A DNA stretch of 64,000 nucleotides from IMG/VR virus record IMGVR_UViG_3300028025_004617, positions 1-64,000 of that record. One strand, given 5' to 3'. Positions within the stretch are counted from its first letter, which is position 1, and each line of letters opens with the position of its first letter. Source of the DNA: a virus. The notes beneath the pieces were generated by a model. That model searched no databases, had not been told where the DNA came from, and saw only the letters and a list, made by a program, of their open reading frames with translations. This document shows positions 61,601 to 64,000 of this stretch, one piece after another. Position numbers and translations under genes: made by a program.

Positions 61601-63999
61601 TTATTACCATCGTCAAAAAATGTTTTTCCACTAATTGATGTTGTGGTTGTTCCACTTAAAAATCCAGATAGTATATCTTTATTTTCTAATATTTTCTTTT
61701 TATATCTATGATAAATTGACCCCCATTTGATTATTAAATGATAAGGTACATAATGTGATGCACTTACCTCTCTGAATACTGTAGATAATTTTGTTTTACC
61801 ATAGAATTCATCTTGTAAATCTATAAATGGTAATGAGTTTAATAAAAGATACGCCGAACCAGCATACTTTCCGTATGATTGATTACCAAAATCGGATTCT
61901 AATTGTTTGTGAAAATATGGCGTATTTAAAATGCTTGCTGAACTATTCGTTCCAATTTTTATTTTTTCATCAAATAAGTTAGAATACTTACTCGGTGGAA
62001 CCCAATATGTTGGCGATGATGGTGCAGATATTAGTCCTTCTTTTGTATTAACTTCAAATAATTGTTTTAACTCTAAATCGGCTAAATTAAATGATGTTTG
62101 ATTCAAATAGTTCAAATAAGTGTCTGAATTAAATGGATAAATGTTTAACCTATAAGTTTCAGAATCGTATGTGTAATTCTTTAAATTTTCTTTTAGTTTA
62201 TTAAAAACACCATTATTGTCAAAATTCTTATTACCGCTGTAACTTGTTTCAATTGAAAATGATTTATTTTCGATTGTTTTTAGGTATGGTGTTGTTGGTA
62301 ACTTATCTTCAAAATATGGATATCTATCGAATGGTGAAAACGATAATAGATTTTCTGTTAATGTTGTAATGTTTGACATTGTTTTTAACAATCCAACAAC
62401 GTCAGGGTCTTCACTAAACATTTTTTGTATATTATCAAATTCTCTATCAGCCAATTCATTAATTGTATTTAATGAAAAATCCTCGGATAATGTTGCATAT
62501 CTACCTCTCTCATAAATTTCATATATGATTGAGGATATCGATTTATTAATATATGGGGTACCGATTGTTAACTGAAATAATGTGGCTATTTTGTGTAAAT
62601 CACCATCTGTATTTGAATTATCAAATATAAAATCAATTTTACTAGCGGAACCTTCGTTACCTGTTAATGAGTCTTGTCTTTTTGTACCTACCGCTTGATA
62701 GTTTTCTAAGAAGTCAATTTCAGGCCACAGAAACTTATCGTATGACCTTAATTTTTGTTGCAAATCAGGATCACCAGGATAAGCGATTACTTTTTGTTTG
62801 TTTGAGGTTTGTTTCTTTACTTCAGGCCAAGGATAAATTGAATCATTATTTTTTGACTCATCACTAAAACCTTTTAATATTTGTCTCCTTATTGTTGAAA
62901 CCTCAAATGATTTACTATGTACTTCTTTTAGTAATCTAATGTAAACCTCGGCATTTGCTAAAATAACCGCAAATATATTACGTATTGTTGGGTCAAACCC
63001 AATTCCCTTATCTTTATCTTTAACAATTTCATTCATCTTTCTTTCAACAAGGTCTTGTAATTTATTTCTTTGTTGAACGAATAATTGTTGCATATCATAG
63101 ATGTCTTTTAAAACACCTTGAATAGAAACCACATAACCACTTGCAATTAGTTTTACATAAGAATCAATTGGTTTTATTTTGTTTGAATAACTAAATGTTT
63201 CTTTCTTAAAATCATTCGCCGATTGTTTTAAAAACGTTTCGGTGAATATTTTAGTCTCTTTTAAATCTAAAGGATAATTTGTTATAATACTTTCTAATGT
63301 ACCATTAACTTTACTTCCTTTTATTTTAACATCTGTGATAGTTCTGTCCGCCATTCTATTATAAATGGCACCATCAACTTCTACTGTTTCCGCACTTAGG
63401 TTTCTTTTACTCCAATTTTGAACCGCGGATTCAAACTCTGTTAGTTTTTTTTCAAAATCTTTAACACCGACGAATAGTTTCATGTCAACCAATCCACCGA
63501 ATATTTCTTTTTCTAATATCTTATCTAAACTTCGAGCAATAACGATTAATTCTCTTAACGTTTTTGTTGGGAAGTTTTTATCGATTAAACCTTTTTGTTT
63601 ATATTCATCATAAACAGATTTTAACATTACGTAACCTTTTGAAGATTTTTTAATCTGTTTTTCTTTTGTTCCCTTTCTCTCGTTGAATTTTGCGGGTAAA
63701 TCATCTGATTCAACCATATACATATATGGTGCATTTAATATACCATCAAGTGGTATATCATTTAAAAACGCATAAGTTGATCCAACAAATGTTGTGGCAA
63801 TTTCAAAATTACCATTTGATTCATTATATTTTGAACTAAATTTAGTTAAATGTAGTCTGTATCTAATTGCCTTACCATAATATCCTTTTATTGTTAAATA
63901 AAAGATCGGCCAAGGTAAATGAAAGAACGCACCATATGGTGAATTTTGGGGTGATTCAAAGAGAGTCTTACCTCTAACATCAATAAAGTTAATGTTAAT
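58654..63999 (-). CDS. Very large baseplate hub-like tail protein, 5'-truncated by the window edge
   Basis: Frame stays open past 63723 to the window end (INFIDVRGKTLFE...); MGNVMIQPTMYFYL..GSYWITEVSHSI..TTFKG resembles gp27/gpD hub C-terminal strands. Confidence 0.6.
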   Translation of the reverse strand: MNINFIDVRGKTLFESPQNSPYGAFFHLPWPIFYLTIKGYYGKAIRYRLHLTKFSSKYNESNGNFEIATTFVGSTYAFLNDIPLDGILNAPYMYMVESDDLPAKFNERKGTKEKQIKKSSKGYVMLKSVYDEYKQKGLIDKNFPTKTLRELIVIARSLDKILEKEIFGGLVDMKLFVGVKDFEKKLTEFESAVQNWSKRNLSAETVEVDGAIYNRMADRTITDVKIKGSKVNGTLESIITNYPLDLKETKIFTETFLKQSANDFKKETFSYSNKIKPIDSYVKLIASGYVVSIQGVLKDIYDMQQLFVQQRNKLQDLVERKMNEIVKDKDKGIGFDPTIRNIFAVILANAEVYIRLLKEVHSKSFEVSTIRRQILKGFSDESKNNDSIYPWPEVKKQTSNKQKVIAYPGDPDLQQKLRSYDKFLWPEIDFLENYQAVGTKRQDSLTGNEGSASKIDFIFDNSNTDGDLHKIATLFQLTIGTPYINKSISSIIYEIYERGRYATLSEDFSLNTINELADREFDNIQKMFSEDPDVVGLLKTMSNITTLTENLLSFSPFDRYPYFEDKLPTTPYLKTIENKSFSIETSYSGNKNFDNNGVFNKLKENLKNYTYDSETYRLNIYPFNSDTYLNYLNQTSFNLADLELKQLFEVNTKEGLISAPSSPTYWVPPSKYSNLFDEKIKIGTNSSASILNTPYFHKQLESDFGNQSYGKYAGSAYLLLNSLPFIDLQDEFYGKTKLSTVFREVSASHYVPYHLIIKWGSIYHRYKKKILENKDILSGFLSGTTTTSISGKTFFDDGNNLTFNVGENVNYTLQNVIGLHPLYDSVFHQIVNGYSHFLFSTGSTASFNNAYTAKTINVVREPVGDNGLYFTSFVDNSKIVSSDKYFTLLPSVGGSKNGFTNGLTASGNEQKNFKVLWCYDNESVTDYYDGKKFFDYDEYNKSYDFGTLFFDMVDYSGSYFTDLNKDEDDKYSLVTSEKRKIYDLIATFSPQILDKFEEYFLDFATEKLEEEIPYKVFPDYNVTGIVSGETKTIESHSVKYDKFQDLLKALVTIDKDDNNDNTDVNAIVTTLKEKQLKKLESVTQQILGTDNLLKLTIGNPKEIVPNVWNGFAEIDNVNRFEYNEYNSSQYSSNKMYIDLYVGREPSTDCYKNFFVTNNIELSEENVLTFRPLILIFAGWVKSKGGSYTPTKRDFQDYIKTKILRGPELRLGQYFTQLLPKLSTLSVKDSKNEVTIVNGYNDIPLKLELYNYFKSFNDKWVAGNSLGQRTLMEEFLFLDKANKDIGDQAYLSLEKLLPLEDAKNSKANLYSVISMLIQGTGFDMRGLPAYVNFYGTNESTKSRITPSKKIAENLFGTFLDVDYQDSSPKILIQYTGPTSKHLELADINEKYKFKNDSGNLFSGVGSPLVITTPQVFNQGDYAKSNKVVAFEVSIGDQNQGIFKSVQLDQTSIRNTTESFNVIENLGRSESGAAANQIDISLFDIYRQASYTCDVTCMGNVMIQPTMYFYLKNVPMFRGSYWITEVSHSIRNNNIVTTFKGTRIPYASLPDPKDSFLSSYRVLFDKITRTAIAKTKEQENSTTTGSTKNEQTYTTSDGKTFLSDMGDSKQAINGEKILLEQGVTEYGVPYNGYNEEKYIQKVSFNGKNYLRAQVITMGGPNYEIKETISMNIISRQTEHTIEPNPITWKDLSGSTRYFYSTKFDFDVAKPNLIIKGTTKFYNPKDIKTPIIVPPVGSGQINVNNITGPINAGPTGVKSGLALSKQLMKDLKVQDGDVVYFEII

Positions 64000-64000
64000 T

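Noticed and set aside
1-64000. Bacterial chromosome or eukaryotic giant virus origin
   Set aside because: gp6/gp25 baseplate, gp32/gp41/UvsX-like replication genes and a sigma-70 factor with intrinsic terminators indicate a tailed bacteriophage; no housekeeping operons or integrase were seen.

Overview
This 64 kb window is an AT-rich, densely coding segment of a large T4-like myovirus (jumbo phage), with nearly all genes on the minus strand. The host is probably Bacteroidota. Evidence for the host: a Bacteroidota-type RpoD sigma factor, ClpP, histone H1-like protein, DUF6576 tail and SprB repeats, TAnnTTTG-like promoters, and no obvious Shine-Dalgarno sites. In window order it holds: acidic modular putative head-cargo proteins; a degenerate amidase and membrane/spanin-like genes; sigma factor, ClpP and a DEDDh exonuclease; SbcC/SbcD, a PD-(D/E)XK nuclease, primase and RuvC; a 28 kb tail/baseplate module (gp6, gp25, wedge, PT-repeat/cadherin/SprB fibres); NrdAB, helicase, 5'-3' exonuclease, RecA, SSB and a ferritin-like protein; and a truncated large hub-like protein. 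Main unexplained signals: (1) a strongly enriched [S/T]-G-x-T motif confined to tail proteins, a candidate modification sequon; (2) a -1 frameshift site (A AAA AAG before TAG) opening an 84-codon extension; (3) a CCC-CGA +1 split gene; (4) a TATTTAT late-promoter motif that is the reverse complement of the T4 late box; (5) a candidate two-hairpin sRNA; (6) a Cys-strand/PT-linker array shared by two fibre genes; (7) an SbcC that appears to carry the SbcD C-terminus. All family assignments come from recognising motifs by eye; no searches were run.
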